Position numbers and translations under genes: made by a program | Notes under the pieces: model-generated | Database searches by the model: none | The model's input: only the letters and a program-made list of their open reading frames with translations | What the model was told of the DNA's origin: nothing | Part shown: positions 43,329-54,009 of the stretch, piece after piece | How positions within the stretch are numbered: the stretch's first letter is position 1 | Layout of the letters: the number at the start of each line of letters is the position of its first letter | Assembly: GCA_963845515.1 (NCBI GenBank) | Contig: CAWJSR010000031.1 | Span: 1 to 64,000 of the forward strand | DNA: 64,000 nucleotides | Direction of reading: 5' to 3' | DNA from: an uncultured delta proteobacterium | GTDB lineage: Bacteria > Myxococcota > Myxococcia > Myxococcales > Anaeromyxobacteraceae

Positions 43329-44336
43329 CTATGCGACTCGATGTGCTGCGACCCACTCATCGAGCCGCTCCCACTGGGAGTAGATCCATTCGACCCGCGC
43401 CTCGCGACCAGCGGGGATCGTCGACGCGGGCACGCGCCAGAACGCGACCCGGAGCGTGCGCCCCAGGAGCCTGCCGCCCCAGAGGTCGGTGACCCGGACG
43501 AGCCCCTCCAGCCCGGTGTGCGCCATCACCACGACGTCGGCGCCAGCCTCGCGGTCGAGGAGCGCGAGGAGCCCTCCGAGGTGCGGCGGCAGGAGGCAGC
43601 GGAGGCGCCGGTCCCGCTCGAGCTGCTCGAACGGCCCCTCCGTCGCGCGCCGCGCCAGCAGGGCTGCCCGCTTCTCCGGCGTGAACCGCGTCCCCTCGGG
43701 GAAGAGGACCACGCCGTCGTCGGGGCCGACGCCGTCGAGTAGCGACTGGACGCGCGCGAGGTCGCCGGCAGTGTCGGCCGAGCCCCGCCGGACGAAGACG
43801 TTGGGGATCTGGTGGCAGCCGAGATCGACGGCTGGATCCCAGAGGAGCTCGCGCTTGGCGACGTAGCGGAGCCGGAGGCCGCGCCTCGCAGAGGCGAGGG
43901 CGGCTGGCAGGAGCGCGTCGGCGACGCTCACGTGGTTCCCGACGAGGAGGATCGGACCGGGCCGGAGCGCCTCCAGCCCCTCGACCAGGAGCGTCATCCC
44001 GAAGAGGCGCAGCAGCGTGCGGAGGAGCGCGTCGGCCCAGCTCGCCTCCAGGGCGTACATGTTCGCAGCCGTGGCGCGCCTGGAGAGGACCAGCACGCTC
44101 ACCGCGACGACGCCGAAGATCTCGAAGGCGAGGAAGGCGAGGAGCGCGCCGACGAAGCGCGTCCCCGCGAGCCGCCTGCGGAGCAACAGATCGTGCGCGA
44201 GCGCGAGCGGCAGCAGGACGGGGAGGAGCGCCGCCCAGCGAGGAGCGCGAGGACGAAGGCGGGGATGGTGACGATACGCCGGAGGCTCCGCTGGAGCGGG
44301 CCATCGCCTGGATCTGGCCTGGAGCTGCGCGGCCAC
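43329..44336 (-). CDS. PlsC-family acyltransferase
   Basis: NHVSVAD (HxxxxD), YVAKREL and LFPEGTRF. Confidence 0.88.
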   Translation of the reverse strand: MAAQLQARSRRWPAPAEPPAYRHHPRLRPRAPRWAALLPVLLPLALAHDLLLRRRLAGTRFVGALLAFLAFEIFGVVAVSVLVLSRRATAANMYALEASWADALLRTLLRLFGMTLLVEGLEALRPGPILLVGNHVSVADALLPAALASARRGLRLRYVAKRELLWDPAVDLGCHQIPNVFVRRGSADTAGDLARVQSLLDGVGPDDGVVLFPEGTRFTPEKRAALLARRATEGPFEQLERDRRLRCLLPPHLGGLLALLDREAGADVVVMAHTGLEGLVRVTDLWGGRLLGRTLRVAFWRVPASTIPAGREARVEWIYSQWERLDEWVAAHRVA

Positions 44337-44429
44337 GGTCCGGTTGTAGCGCGGAACGGCAGGCGACGCCCCCCAGGGCCCCCCTCACGGGGCTCCAGAT
44401 GGATACCGGCGCCCTGCCGCCTTAGATCC

Positions 44430-45232
44430 ATGGGCACTGCGATGACGCAACCCGCGCACCCGTCCTCTTCGTGTCACACGGCGCGCCCACCGAGGCGCTG
44501 GAGCTGGACGGCTGGACGCAGGCGGTCGCGCGCTTCGGGCGGGAGCTGCCGAAGCCGGCCGCGATCGTCGCGGTCTCCGCCCACTGGGTGACTCCTGGTG
44601 TGGTCGGCGTGACGGCGTCGCCGTCCCCCGAGACGATCCACGACTTCTACGGCTTCCCCGGCGCGCTCTACCGGATCCAGTACCCGTCGCCCGGCGATCC
44701 CGCCCTGGCCGCGAGGATCGTCGCGCGGCTCCAGCGCGCGGGGATCGACGCCGCCGCGGACCCCGAGCGCGGCCTCGACCACGGCGCCTGGTCCCCGCTG
44801 CTGCACGGCTGGCCGCTCGCCGAGGCGCCGGTGGTCCAGGTCTCGCTGCCGGTGGCGCTCCCCGCCGAGCTCCTGCGCTTCGGCGCGGCGCTGGCGCCGC
44901 TCCGCGACGAGGGGATCCTCCTGTTGGCGAGCGGCGGCGCCGTGCACAACCTCGGCGAGGTCGCCTTCGAGGACAAGGAGCGTGGCGCCAGGGGATGGGC
45001 GGCGGAGTTCGACGGCTGGGTGGCGGCCAGGGTCGCGGAGCTCGACGTCGCGGCCCTCGTGCGCTGGAAGGCGGAGGCGCCGCACGCCAGCCGGGCGCAC
45101 CCGACCACCGAGCACTTCGATCCGCTCCTCGTCGCGGTGGGCGCGCGCGCGCCCGGGGACGAGCCGGTGGTCGTCCACGAGGGGTTCAGCTACGGCACCC
45201 TGAGCATGCGGAGCTTCGCGCTCCGCTCATAG
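44430..45232 (+). CDS. ygiD: DODA-type extradiol dioxygenase (LigB family), frameshift near 44460
   Basis: LFVSHGAP, SAHW, IHDFYGFP, GLDHG, SGGAVHNL and HPTTEHF. Confidence 0.88.
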
Positions 45233-45278
45233 TGCGGGTCGGCGCTCGTGCCGCCCCGAGGCGAAGAAGGAGCACATC

Positions 45279-45873
45279 ATGAAGAGCATCGTACGTACCG
45301 TCGCGCGTCGCGCTGGCCCTCGCGCCGGCGCTCGCGCTGGGGCAGTCGAGCACCTGGAGCTTCGACCCGGCCCACAGCCACGCCAGCTTCAGCGTCCGCC
45401 ACATGGTCATCAGCAACGTGCGCGGCGAGTTCGGGAAGATGAGCGGGACGGTCACGCTCGACGAGAAGGACGTCACGAAGTCCACCGTGGAGGCGGTGAT
45501 AGACGCGACGACGATCGACACGCGCGAGGCGAAGCGCGACGAGCACCTCCGCTCGGCGGACTTCTTCGACGTCGCGAAGCACCCGACCATCACCTTCAAG
45601 TCGACGAAGGTCGAGAAGGCGGGGAAGGACGGCCTGAAGGTGACCGGCGACCTCACGATCCGCGGCACCACGAAGCCGGTGGTCCTCAAGGTCACGGGCC
45701 CCACCGGTGAGGTGAAGGACCCTTACGCCAACATCCGGCGCGGCGTCTCGGCGACGACGAAGGTCAACCGGAACGACTACGGCGTCGCCTGGTCGGGGGT
45801 CCTGGAGGGCGGCGGCGCGATCGTCGGCAACGACGTCAACATCGAGCTCGAGGTCGAGCTGGTGAAGAAGTAA
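45279..45873 (+). CDS. yceI: YceI-family protein (frameshift near 45305)
   Basis: DPAHS, VRHMVISNVRGEF, RDEHLRSADFFD and GDLTIRG. Confidence 0.92.
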
Positions 45874-45889
45874 CTCGAAGTCATCCCAC

Positions 45890-46026
45890 CGCTGACCGTT
45901 AATCGCGTCCTCGCGCCCTGGGGATGCACCTCTCCCCCGCCCCCGCGCTGACCGTTCATCGAGTCTTCGCGCCCTGGAGATGCACCTCTCCCCCGCCCCC
46001 GCGGGGGAGAGGCTGGGTGAGGGGGC
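45890..46026. repeat. 56-bp tandem duplication ending in a REP-like element between convergent genes
   Basis: Two near-identical units start at 45890 and 45946; the second completes CCTCTCCCCCGCCCCCGCGGGGGAGAGGCTGGGTGAGGGGG. Confidence 0.85.
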
Positions 46027-46085
46027 GTCGTACCTTCGGCGAGGGAGGGAGCCAACTGAATCCAGAGACGGACCGGTGAGGCGGG

Positions 46086-46694
46086 TCACTCTCCAACCGT
46101 CGCATACGTGGGCCGCCCCTTCCGCCGGTACGTGCTGAAGATGACGCCGGAGGGCGTCGTCCGCGAGCTGACCAGCTCGAACGCGGTGGGCACCGTCCCG
46201 GAGCCGAAGAGCCGCTTCCCCGCGCCCAGGATGATGGGGAAGACGATCAGGTTGAGCTCGTCGACGAGCCCCTTCTGGAGCAGCGTCTGCGCCAGCCCGG
46301 GGCTGCCGTGCACCTGCAGCTCGCCCCCGGGCTGCTGCTTCAGGCGAGCGACCTCTCCCTCGACGTCGCGGATCAGCGTGCTGCCGCTCCAGTCGACCCG
46401 GTCGAGGGTCTTCGACGCGACGTACTTCGGGAGCTTGTTGAGCGCCGCGGCGATCGTGTGCGCCGGGTCGGTCACCTTCGGCCAGTAGCTCGCGAAGATC
46501 TGGTACGTCCCGCGCCCTAGCAGGAACGCGCCGGGGCGGGTGAAGACCTCGTCCATCAACTGGCCGGCCTGCTCGTCGAAGTAGGGAGCGACCCAGCCGC
46601 CGTGCTCGAAGGAGCCGCTCCGGTCCTCGTCCGGTCCTCCCGGGGCCTGCATCACGCCGTCCAGCGTCAGGAAGGTCGTCATGGTCAGCTTCAT
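46086..46694 (-). CDS. Dihydrofolate reductase/RibD C-terminal family protein
   Basis: FLTLDGVMQAPG, LLGRGTY, VHGS and PIILGAGKRLF. Confidence 0.9.
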   Translation of the reverse strand: MKLTMTTFLTLDGVMQAPGGPDEDRSGSFEHGGWVAPYFDEQAGQLMDEVFTRPGAFLLGRGTYQIFASYWPKVTDPAHTIAAALNKLPKYVASKTLDRVDWSGSTLIRDVEGEVARLKQQPGGELQVHGSPGLAQTLLQKGLVDELNLIVFPIILGAGKRLFGSGTVPTAFELVSSRTTPSGVIFSTYRRKGRPTYATVGE

Positions 46695-46786
46695 CGGCTG
46701 CGTCCTTTCCGCTTCGTCCGTTCCGCTAACGGCCGAGGCGGGCGGCCGCAAGGACCGATCGAGTCCAGCACCCGCCGACCTATCGA

Positions 46787-47266
46787 TCAGCCGCGAAAGC
46801 GCCGCGTCGGCGGCCCCACTCCGGACCGCCACCACGCGCCCCAGGCGCTCGGGCGGGTGACGATGGCGAGCAGCAGTGGCGCCGGGTTGAAGGAGGTGGT
46901 TCGTGCCTTGACCTTGTCCCCGACGAAGGTGAACCGATCCCTGGCGTTCCAGAGGAATGGCCTGCCGCCGAGCGTCGCCGAGAGCTCTACGTCGATCACC
47001 AGGACGTCCCCGTCCACCGTCGCCCGGCTCACGGATCCCCGCAGGTCCGGGAAGAGGGAGAAGACGCGGCGGAACTGCTCCCGGAACCCCTCGTGCCCCA
47101 CCGCGACAGGCTCCAGCGGCAGCGTGCCGCGCACGTCCGCGTGCATCCACGGGAGGAAGCGCGCCACGAAAGGCTCGTAGGCGGGCTCCTTCCAGCCCTC
47201 CTCGAAGACCTGGACGAAGCGATGCGGTGGCGAATCGGAAGCTCGTGCGAGGTCGGGCATGGTCAT
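46787..47266 (-). CDS. SnoaL/NTF2-like protein
   Basis: HADV..GHEGFREQFRRVFSLFPDL..DRFTFVGDKV. Confidence 0.75.
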   Translation of the reverse strand: MTMPDLARASDSPPHRFVQVFEEGWKEPAYEPFVARFLPWMHADVRGTLPLEPVAVGHEGFREQFRRVFSLFPDLRGSVSRATVDGDVLVIDVELSATLGGRPFLWNARDRFTFVGDKVKARTTSFNPAPLLLAIVTRPSAWGAWWRSGVGPPTRRFRG

Positions 47267-47444
47267 GGCTCCAGGGGTTCGTGCCACTCCGGGGTGGACC
47301 GATTCGGAGAAGGGCGAATTCGCGTCCAGCGGCGCGAGCCCGAGCGCCCGGCGTCCCCACCGGCCGCCGCGCGGCCGGCCTTCGCGCGGAAACGCTGAAC
47401 GTCCGTCCCCCGCGCTCGGCACGCAGGTTGCTCTCCTGGGCGCT

Positions 47445-48121
47445 ATGCAGACCCAGGTGGAGAGCGACGAACCGCCCCGCGCGCGGCTCCTGAGCGCCGG
47501 AGCGCGATCCCTGAGCGACCTCGAGCTGCTCGCCGTGGTCCTCGGGCGCCGGCGCGGCAGGGGCGGCGGCCTGCGCGGCGGCGCGGTCCCTGTTCGAGGT
47601 GGCGCCGCTCGCCGAGCTGGCGTGGGCGCCGCCGGACGCGCATCGCCGGTGCGCCCGGGGTCGGCCTCGCGCGGGCGTCGGTGCTGGCCGCCGCCTTCGA
47701 GCTGGGGCGGCGGGCCGCCTGGACGCCGCCGCAGCGCGGGGAGCGCTGCCTCGACCCGGGGCGCGTCCACGAGCTGATGCGCCACGCCGCCTTCGCCGAG
47801 CGCGAGGCGTTCCACGTCGTGCTGCTCGACGTCCGCGGCCGGCTGTTGCGGGCGGTCCAGGTGGCGGAGGGGTCGCTGACGCAGTGCCCGGTCTCGCCGC
47901 GCGACGCGCTCCGGCCTGCGGTCCGTGAGGGGGCGCACGGCGTGGTCTTCGTCCACAACCACCCGAGCGGCGATCCGGCGCCGAGCCCGGAGGACTTCGA
48001 CCTGACCGAGCGGCTGCGCGCGGCCGCGGAGCTGGTGGGCGTGCTCGCCCGGGACCACGTCATCGTCGCGAGCGGCGGGTACTACAGCTTCGTGGCGGCC
48101 GGACGGTGGAGGAAGGGTTGA
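47445..48121 (+). CDS. radC: RadC-family JAB protein (frameshifts in about 47550-47680)
   Basis: PRARLL..GARSLSDLELLAVVLG and VHNHPSGDPAPSPED..DHVIV. Confidence 0.9.
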
Positions 48122-48153
48122 TCGATGAGGCGGCGACCGTACATTATACGGTC
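48118..48153 (+). promoter_or_regulatory. Sigma70-like promoter with overlapping palindromic operator (TA module 1)
   Basis: TTGATC-N16-TACATT; palindrome GACCGTA-CATTA-TACGGTC (48135-48153) abuts the ATG. Confidence 0.6.
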
Positions 48154-48423
48154 ATGGGAAAACTGGTCGTGCGGATGGAGCTGAAGACGACCCTTCGAGG
48201 GAAGGCGCGCTACCAGGCCGCCGCCGAGCGGCGCGGCCTCTCGCTCTCGGACTGGGTGCGGCGCGGGCTGGACGCGCTCGCGGACGAGGAGCTGGGGCAG
48301 GACGACGAGCCACCCGAGCCGACGGCCGAGGACATCGCCGCGACGCGGCGGTCCCTCGGAGTCTTCCGGGGGACCGACTTCCGCGAGCGGGTCCTGGCGG
48401 CGAGGGGACCATGGACCGTGTGA
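48154..48423 (+). CDS. Ribbon-helix-helix antitoxin
   Basis: RMELK..YQAAAERRGLSLSDWVR; overlaps the downstream PIN gene. Confidence 0.65.
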   Translation: MGKLVVRMELKTTLRGKARYQAAAERRGLSLSDWVRRGLDALADEELGQDDEPPEPTAEDIAATRRSLGVFRGTDFRERVLAARGPWTV

Positions 48424-48803
48424 TCGCCGATTCCGACGTCCTCATCGACCTCCTCCTGGGGGCGGGGGCCGCGGCGCAGGTGGACTCCCTGGCCGCTAAG
48501 GGCGCGCTCGCGACCACCGCCGTGAACGTCTTCGAGCTCGAGCGCGGCTGCCGGCGCGCCGCGGAGCGGGAGGCGGTACGCCGGGCGCTCCGGGGCGTCC
48601 GGATCTACCCGCTCAACGCCCAGGCGGCGAGGCGCGCCGCCGAGGTCGAGCGCGAGCTTGCGCGCCGTGGCGCGCAGATCGGGGAGCGGGACACGCTCGT
48701 CGCCGGGGTCGCGCTCGTCAGCGGCCTGCCGGTGCTCACGGGGAACGTCGAGCACTTCGGGCGCGTCGCCGGCCTCCGGGTGGTGAAGGCGCGGCGGCGG
48801 TAG
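48411..48803 (+). CDS. vapC: PIN-domain toxin
   Basis: IADSDVLID, NVFEL, DTLVAG and TGNVEHF. Confidence 0.9.
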   Translation: MDRVIADSDVLIDLLLGAGAAAQVDSLAAKGALATTAVNVFELERGCRRAAEREAVRRALRGVRIYPLNAQAARRAAEVERELARRGAQIGERDTLVAGVALVSGLPVLTGNVEHFGRVAGLRVVKARRR

Positions 48804-48837
48804 GGCGCGGACCATGTGGGGGTCAGCGCCATCGGCG

Positions 48838-48876
48838 TTGCCGGGAATGATTCGCGAATACATACTCATGTGTATG
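48838..48876 (+). promoter_or_regulatory. Sigma70-like promoter with palindrome (TA module 2)
   Basis: TTGCCG-N17-CATACT; CATAC-TCATGT-GTATG palindrome spans the -10 element and the start codon. Confidence 0.6.
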
Positions 48877-49074
48877 CGTACGACCCTCATCCTTCGCGAC
48901 GAGCTGATTCGGCAGGCCTCAGCGCTGACCGGCATCCGCGAGAAGACCGCGCTCGTCCACGCGGGGCTCGAGGCCCTCATCGCGCGCGAGGCGGCTCGCA
49001 GGCTGGCCGCCCTCGGAGCCTCGGAGCCGCGGATCACCGCGCCGCGCCGCCGTCGCCCAGGGAGTCAGGAGTGA
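48874..49074 (+). CDS. vapB: VapB-family antitoxin
   Basis: MRTTLILRDELI..TGIREKTALVHAGLEALI. Confidence 0.88.
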   Translation: MRTTLILRDELIRQASALTGIREKTALVHAGLEALIAREAARRLAALGASEPRITAPRRRRPGSQE

Positions 49075-49429
49075 TCGTCGTCGACACCTCTGTCTGGGTG
49101 GAGCACCTGCGCCAGGGCTCGCCGCGGCTGCGGCGCCTGCTCGAGGAGGGAGAGGTGCTCTGCCATCCCCATGTCATCGGCGAGCTGGCCTGCGGCACCC
49201 TCACCCGGCGGGGGGAAGTGCTGGGGCTCCTGAGGGCGCTGCCGAGGGCCACCGTGGCCTCCGACGAGGAGGCGCATCGGCTCGTGGAGGCACACGGGCT
49301 CCACGGGCGGGGGATCGCTGGATCGACGTCCACCTGGTCGCGTCCGCGCTGCTCTCGGATGCAGAACTCTGGACGCTCGACCGGCGGCTCGAGCGCGAGG
49401 CGAGGCGAGCCGGGGTGGGCCAGCGTTAG
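49071..49429 (+). CDS. vapC: PIN-domain toxin (frameshift near 49320)
   Basis: VVDTSVWVEH, VIGELACG and IDVHLVASA..LWTLDRRL. Confidence 0.88.
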
Positions 49430-49435
49430 CCGCGG

Positions 49436-52162
49436 CTACCGCTTCTTCCCGCCCGCCTCCGCCGCGATCTTCCTCGCCTCGACTCCGGCCGGTCCCTTCG
49501 GATCCAGCCTCGCGGCGCGCGCGGCGTAGCGCTTCGCGTTCGCCAGCTCGCCGATCTGGAGCGACGCCGTCGCGGCGATGACGAGTGGGCGGGCGTCCCT
49601 CGGCGCGGCGGCGGCGGCGCGGTCTGCCGCGCGCCTCGCCTCGCCGAAGCTCTTGGTCGCGAGCCAGGAGGCGGCCATCACCCGCAGCGCGTCGGGATCA
49701 CGGGGCTTCGCGGCGAGGACCGGGTCCAGATCCTCGCGGGCGGCCTTCGCGTCGCCGCCGGCGAGGTGGGCCTCCGCGAGCGCGACCCGATCGGCGAAGC
49801 GGGAGCCGTCGAGCGCGACGGCGCGAGCGAGGGGCTCGATGGCGTCCGCCGCCTTGTCGCGCGCCAGCAGGGCCAGGCCGAGCGCCGACAGCGCGTCGGG
49901 GCTGCGCGGGTCGCGCTCGGTCGCTGCGCGCCACGCACGCTCCGCCTCCTCAGGCTTTCCCTCGGCGGCGCGGACGCGGCCGAGCGCCACGAAGGCGATC
50001 GCGGGCGCGCTGGAGCCGGCGGTCAGCTTCTCGAGGAGCGCTGCGGCCTTGTCCGTCCGCTTGAGCGCGAGGTCGGTGAGCGCGTACCAGGCGGCCGCCT
50101 CGGCGCTCATCTTGCCGTCGCGCTGGGTCTTCACGAGCTCGTCCCGCGCCTTCGGCATCTCCCCGCGCTGGTACCTCGCGATGGCCCGCTGGAGGTGGGC
50201 CGGCCGGCTCTCGGCCTTCTCGGTGGTCGCGAGCGCGCCGACGAAGTCGCGCTTCCCGATCCGCGCGCGCGCCAGGAGGACTCGCCCCTCAGGCGACTTG
50301 GGGTCGAGCTCCACGACCCGCCTGGCCTCGGACTCCGCCTTGTCCCAGGCGAAGTCGGCGAGGTGGACCTCTGCCAGGGCAGAGGAGAGGCGGACGCTCT
50401 TCCCCAGTGACTGCGCCGCCTTCTTCAGCCGTTCGGCGGCGCCGGCTGCGTCCCCCGTCGCGGCGAGCAGGCGCGAGGCCGCGATCTCGTAGCGGAGCCG
50501 CTCCTTCGCGGGCGCGGCGCTGCCCGGGTCGGCGTCGACCGCGGCGAGCTCCTTGCGCGAGACCTCCAGATCGCGTCCGAGCGCGAGCCGCGCCTCGGCC
50601 GCTCCCGCCACCGCGACCGGGTGCGTGGGGTGGGCGGCGATGGCTTGCACGTACGAGGCGAGGGCCCCCTCGGTGTCACCCCTGGACTGCGCCAGGTCGC
50701 CAAGGTCCACGACGGCGCGCAGCAGCGGCGGCGTGGCGCGGGAGGCGATCTCGAGTCGGCCCCGGCCGGCGTCGGTCTCGCCGCGGTCCACCAGGATCTT
50801 GCCGGCGAGCGCCTGGAGCAGCGGCGGCCCGCTCGGCTCGGCGGCCAGGATCGCGTCCTCGGCGACCTTGCGCGCCTCCTTGTCTTCGGCGAGCGCCCAG
50901 CGCGCGGCCAGCGCCCCGGCTCCGCTCTCCTCGTCCGAGGCCAGCGCGGGGAGGAGCTCCTTCGCCTTCTCGTCCTCGTGGTCCACCGCGAGCACGGCCG
51001 CCACCTGGGCGGCCAGCGAGGCGACTGCGGGATCGTGCTTGGCGCGCTTGCGCGCCGCGAGCACCACCTCCAGCGCCTGGGAGAGCGCTGCGCGGGTGTC
51101 GCGCGCGAGGCCGGCGCGTGCCCGGTCGGCCGCCACGAGCGCGTCGGCGGCGGCCTGGCGCTCACGGACGAAGTAGAAGACGCCGCCCGCGGCCGTGGCG
51201 ATGAGCACCAGCGCGACGAAGAGCGCGGTGAAGCGGTTGCGGTGCCACCAGGAGGGCTTCTCGCTGGCGTCCTCCTTCATGGCCTTCGCGCGGAGCTCGT
51301 GCTCGTACTGCTCGGCGGCCTTGGCCGCCTCGGCGCGGCTCGTCATCATCGTCTTCGGCCCCGGCTTGCGCGGCTTCACCGGCCCATGGGCGTGGTCGTC
51401 GTTGCCGCCAGGGAGGAAGTCGAGCGCAGAGGGCGGACGCGCGGGGGGAGGTGGGCGGCGGATGGGCGGCGGCGTGGTCGCTGGCGGGCCGCTCGGTCGG
51501 CGCAGCGGCGGAGGGGCGGGGGTCGTCGCCGGGGCCTGGAGCGGAATGCCCTCGGAGCCGGTCGTCTCGACAGCGCCTTCGGCGGCCGCAGTGACCGCCT
51601 CGTTCGACGGCGGCGTCGCCTCGCCGGCGCCCGCCGGTGGCTCGCTCGGCTTCGCGGCGGAGACGATGGGTCGGTAGGGTTCGGTCCGCTCATCCGCGAG
51701 GAGATCGGCCGGGGGCTTCGGCGCGGCGGCCGCTGGCGTCGGCTCGGAGGGATGAGCCTCACGGTGGAGCCGCATCGCCTCGTCGAGCAGCCCCTGGATG
51801 CGGTGGTCGGCCGGCTGTAGCTCCATGGCGCGTGCCAGGAAAGGGATGGCCTCCCTCGGGTGGCCCTTTTGCAGCAGCGCCTCGCCGACGAGGTTGAAGG
51901 CGTAGGGGTTGCCCGGCTCGAGCGCGATGGCGATCTCGAACTGGTCCGTCGCCGCCTTGAGCTCGGACAGCTCGAGGAGGGCGCGCCCCCAGATGACGCG
52001 CCCGAGGATCGAGCCGGAGTGGTACTCCAGCCCGCGCTCGCAGATCTGGACGGCGCGGGCCGCGTCGCCCTTCTCGAGGAGCGCGCGCGCCAGCTCGACG
52101 AAGATGCGGGACTTGGGATCGGCTGCGAGGATCTGCTCGTACTTCTCGACGATGGAGGCCAT
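49436..52162 (-). CDS. Membrane-anchored TPR protein (N-terminal TPRs, Pro-rich linker, TM helix, long TPR array)
   Basis: 908-aa intact ORF with TPR repeats and the hydrophobic segment FTALFVALVLIATAAGGVFYFV. Confidence 0.85.
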   Translation of the reverse strand: MASIVEKYEQILAADPKSRIFVELARALLEKGDAARAVQICERGLEYHSGSILGRVIWGRALLELSELKAATDQFEIAIALEPGNPYAFNLVGEALLQKGHPREAIPFLARAMELQPADHRIQGLLDEAMRLHREAHPSEPTPAAAAPKPPADLLADERTEPYRPIVSAAKPSEPPAGAGEATPPSNEAVTAAAEGAVETTGSEGIPLQAPATTPAPPPLRRPSGPPATTPPPIRRPPPPARPPSALDFLPGGNDDHAHGPVKPRKPGPKTMMTSRAEAAKAAEQYEHELRAKAMKEDASEKPSWWHRNRFTALFVALVLIATAAGGVFYFVRERQAAADALVAADRARAGLARDTRAALSQALEVVLAARKRAKHDPAVASLAAQVAAVLAVDHEDEKAKELLPALASDEESGAGALAARWALAEDKEARKVAEDAILAAEPSGPPLLQALAGKILVDRGETDAGRGRLEIASRATPPLLRAVVDLGDLAQSRGDTEGALASYVQAIAAHPTHPVAVAGAAEARLALGRDLEVSRKELAAVDADPGSAAPAKERLRYEIAASRLLAATGDAAGAAERLKKAAQSLGKSVRLSSALAEVHLADFAWDKAESEARRVVELDPKSPEGRVLLARARIGKRDFVGALATTEKAESRPAHLQRAIARYQRGEMPKARDELVKTQRDGKMSAEAAAWYALTDLALKRTDKAAALLEKLTAGSSAPAIAFVALGRVRAAEGKPEEAERAWRAATERDPRSPDALSALGLALLARDKAADAIEPLARAVALDGSRFADRVALAEAHLAGGDAKAAREDLDPVLAAKPRDPDALRVMAASWLATKSFGEARRAADRAAAAAPRDARPLVIAATASLQIGELANAKRYAARAARLDPKGPAGVEARKIAAEAGGKKR

Positions 52163-52289
52163 TTTGCGCCGGGAAATCTACCACGCCAGGCGGTCCCTGA
52201 TCGGTGGCAGGGGTCGCTCCAGCGGTCACCGGAACCTACATCTGGCCGGCGGCGGCTCGCCGCGGCCGAGCGGCGCTCGCGGCTGCTCG

Positions 52290-54009
52290 TCAGAACGTGT
52301 AGGCGACCCCCGCCGTGAGCCGGAGTCCATCGAGCTTGATCGTGCCCATGTTCTGGCGCTCGCGGGTCATCTCGGCCTTGCCGAGCTGGTAACGACCCTC
52401 CACGACGCACTCGAGGCCCGGCGCGAGCGGAAGGGACGCTCCCATGCCGACGCTGAAGGCTGAGCGCGAGGTCGTTGGTCGCGATGCGATCCGCCGTGGA
52501 CTCGATCCAGGTCGAAGGCGGCTCATAGTCGAGGCGGCGCAGGAGGTGAACCCACTGGAGGCCGACCCCGCCGAGGAGGTATGGGCGGAAGGTGGGGGTT
52601 GGGAGGGCGAGCTTGAGCGTGGCCTCGACCGGGATGACCGAGATCGTCTCCCTGACGCCGAAGTCAGCATAGGTCGGCCTGACGCCGCCGCTGCCATCCA
52701 GGTAGTTTGCGGGGAGCAGCGCGACGGCCTCGCCCTCGAGCCTCTGGTAACCCGCGGAGGCCTCGAACCCGAGGAAGTCGATGAACCAGATGCCGACGCT
52801 CGCCTGCGCTGCGATGCCGACCGCGCCGCGAAGGCGCTTCTGCGGCACGAGGGGACCGGCGGAGAGGGCAGTCCACGCATGGCCGCGGGGAACCGCCACG
52901 CCGCCTGGCGCCGGGACAGGCGGCGCCACTCCGGCCTCCGCCTGCTCCGAGGCGTCTCCGCGTACGGTCGTGACCTCCAGCGGCGTCGAGGCGAGGCTGG
53001 ACGGATCGAGGACGACGCGCGAGGAGGAGACCAGGTCTACCGAAGTCGAGGTGACGTTCCGATCCAGTGACACCCGGAGGTCGTACCGTCCCTCCTCGAG
53101 CGCCAGCTCCACCCCCGCGCCGCGGACCTTGCGCAGCTCGGCCACCAGCTGGCCCGAGGCGTTCCGGACGAAGACCGTCCCCTCCAGCGCGGCCGGGATC
53201 GCCAGCACCGCGTCCGCCCTGCGCAGGTCGGTCATGACGACGTCGCCGCTCCCCACGAGCCCGATGTCGTACGTGGCGTGCTGCGCGCCTCCCTGCGTCG
53301 ACTCGGTCCTGGCGAGCGTCTCGCGGTAGGCGAACTGATAGGCCTCGTTGAGCGTCACCACCCCGTCGTTGCTCGTGTCGGCGCCGCCGCGGAGCCCCGT
53401 GAGGAGCGCGTGGGTGAAGAACGAGCCCTTCAGCCGCTCCGACTCCTGCGAGGCCTCGTCGGCGGCGCTCGAGGTCAGGAACGCGTGCCCCTTCACCCGC
53501 GACGACTCATCGAGGAGGAACGGTGGACGGTGAACGCCGCCCTTGGACCGCGTGAAGGCACCGGATGAGCAGGAGTCGAGGATCGCCACGCGGACCTCGG
53601 CCGGGATGCCGTCGAGGTCGCGCCGCAGCTGGGCGTAGGGGAGCTGCGACTTGCCCAGCAGCAGCCCCTGGTCGTCGGAGTGACCGGAGAAGTAGAGGAA
53701 CACCTCCACCCGCTCGCCCTTGAGGCGCGAGCGGTCGGCCTCGGCCGCCACCTTCTCGATCGCCGCGCGGACCCCCGCCGCGTCTGGCTCCTCCACCAGG
53801 AAGAGGTCGCCGATCGCGATCCCCCCCAGCCGCCGAAGGACGCGCGCCACACCTCGCGCGTCCGAGGTCGCGTAGCGCAAGGGCGTGCGGGCCGGGCCTC
53901 CGTCGCTGGCGCCGAAGACGACCGCGAAGCGCCGCAGGCCTCCGTCCGCTGCGTGCGCCGGTGAGGCGAGGACCAGGGTGACCGCGAGGGCGAGCAGGGC
54001 GCGCATCAA
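52290..54009 (-). CDS. Exported caspase-family (C14) peptidase with a C-terminal outer-membrane beta-barrel (frameshift near 52455)
   Basis: Signal peptide (AHA); YFSGHS and ILDSCSSG catalytic dyad; GSFFTHALL; C-terminal amphipathic strands ending TAGVAYTF. Confidence 0.85.

Noticed and set aside
45890..46001. Possible CRISPR mini-array
   Set aside because: Only two contiguous 56-bp units, with no unique spacer and no cas genes.
47445..49429. radC plus TA modules as a prophage or ICE
   Set aside because: radC is the full-length chromosomal type, and no integrase, att site or transfer genes are present.
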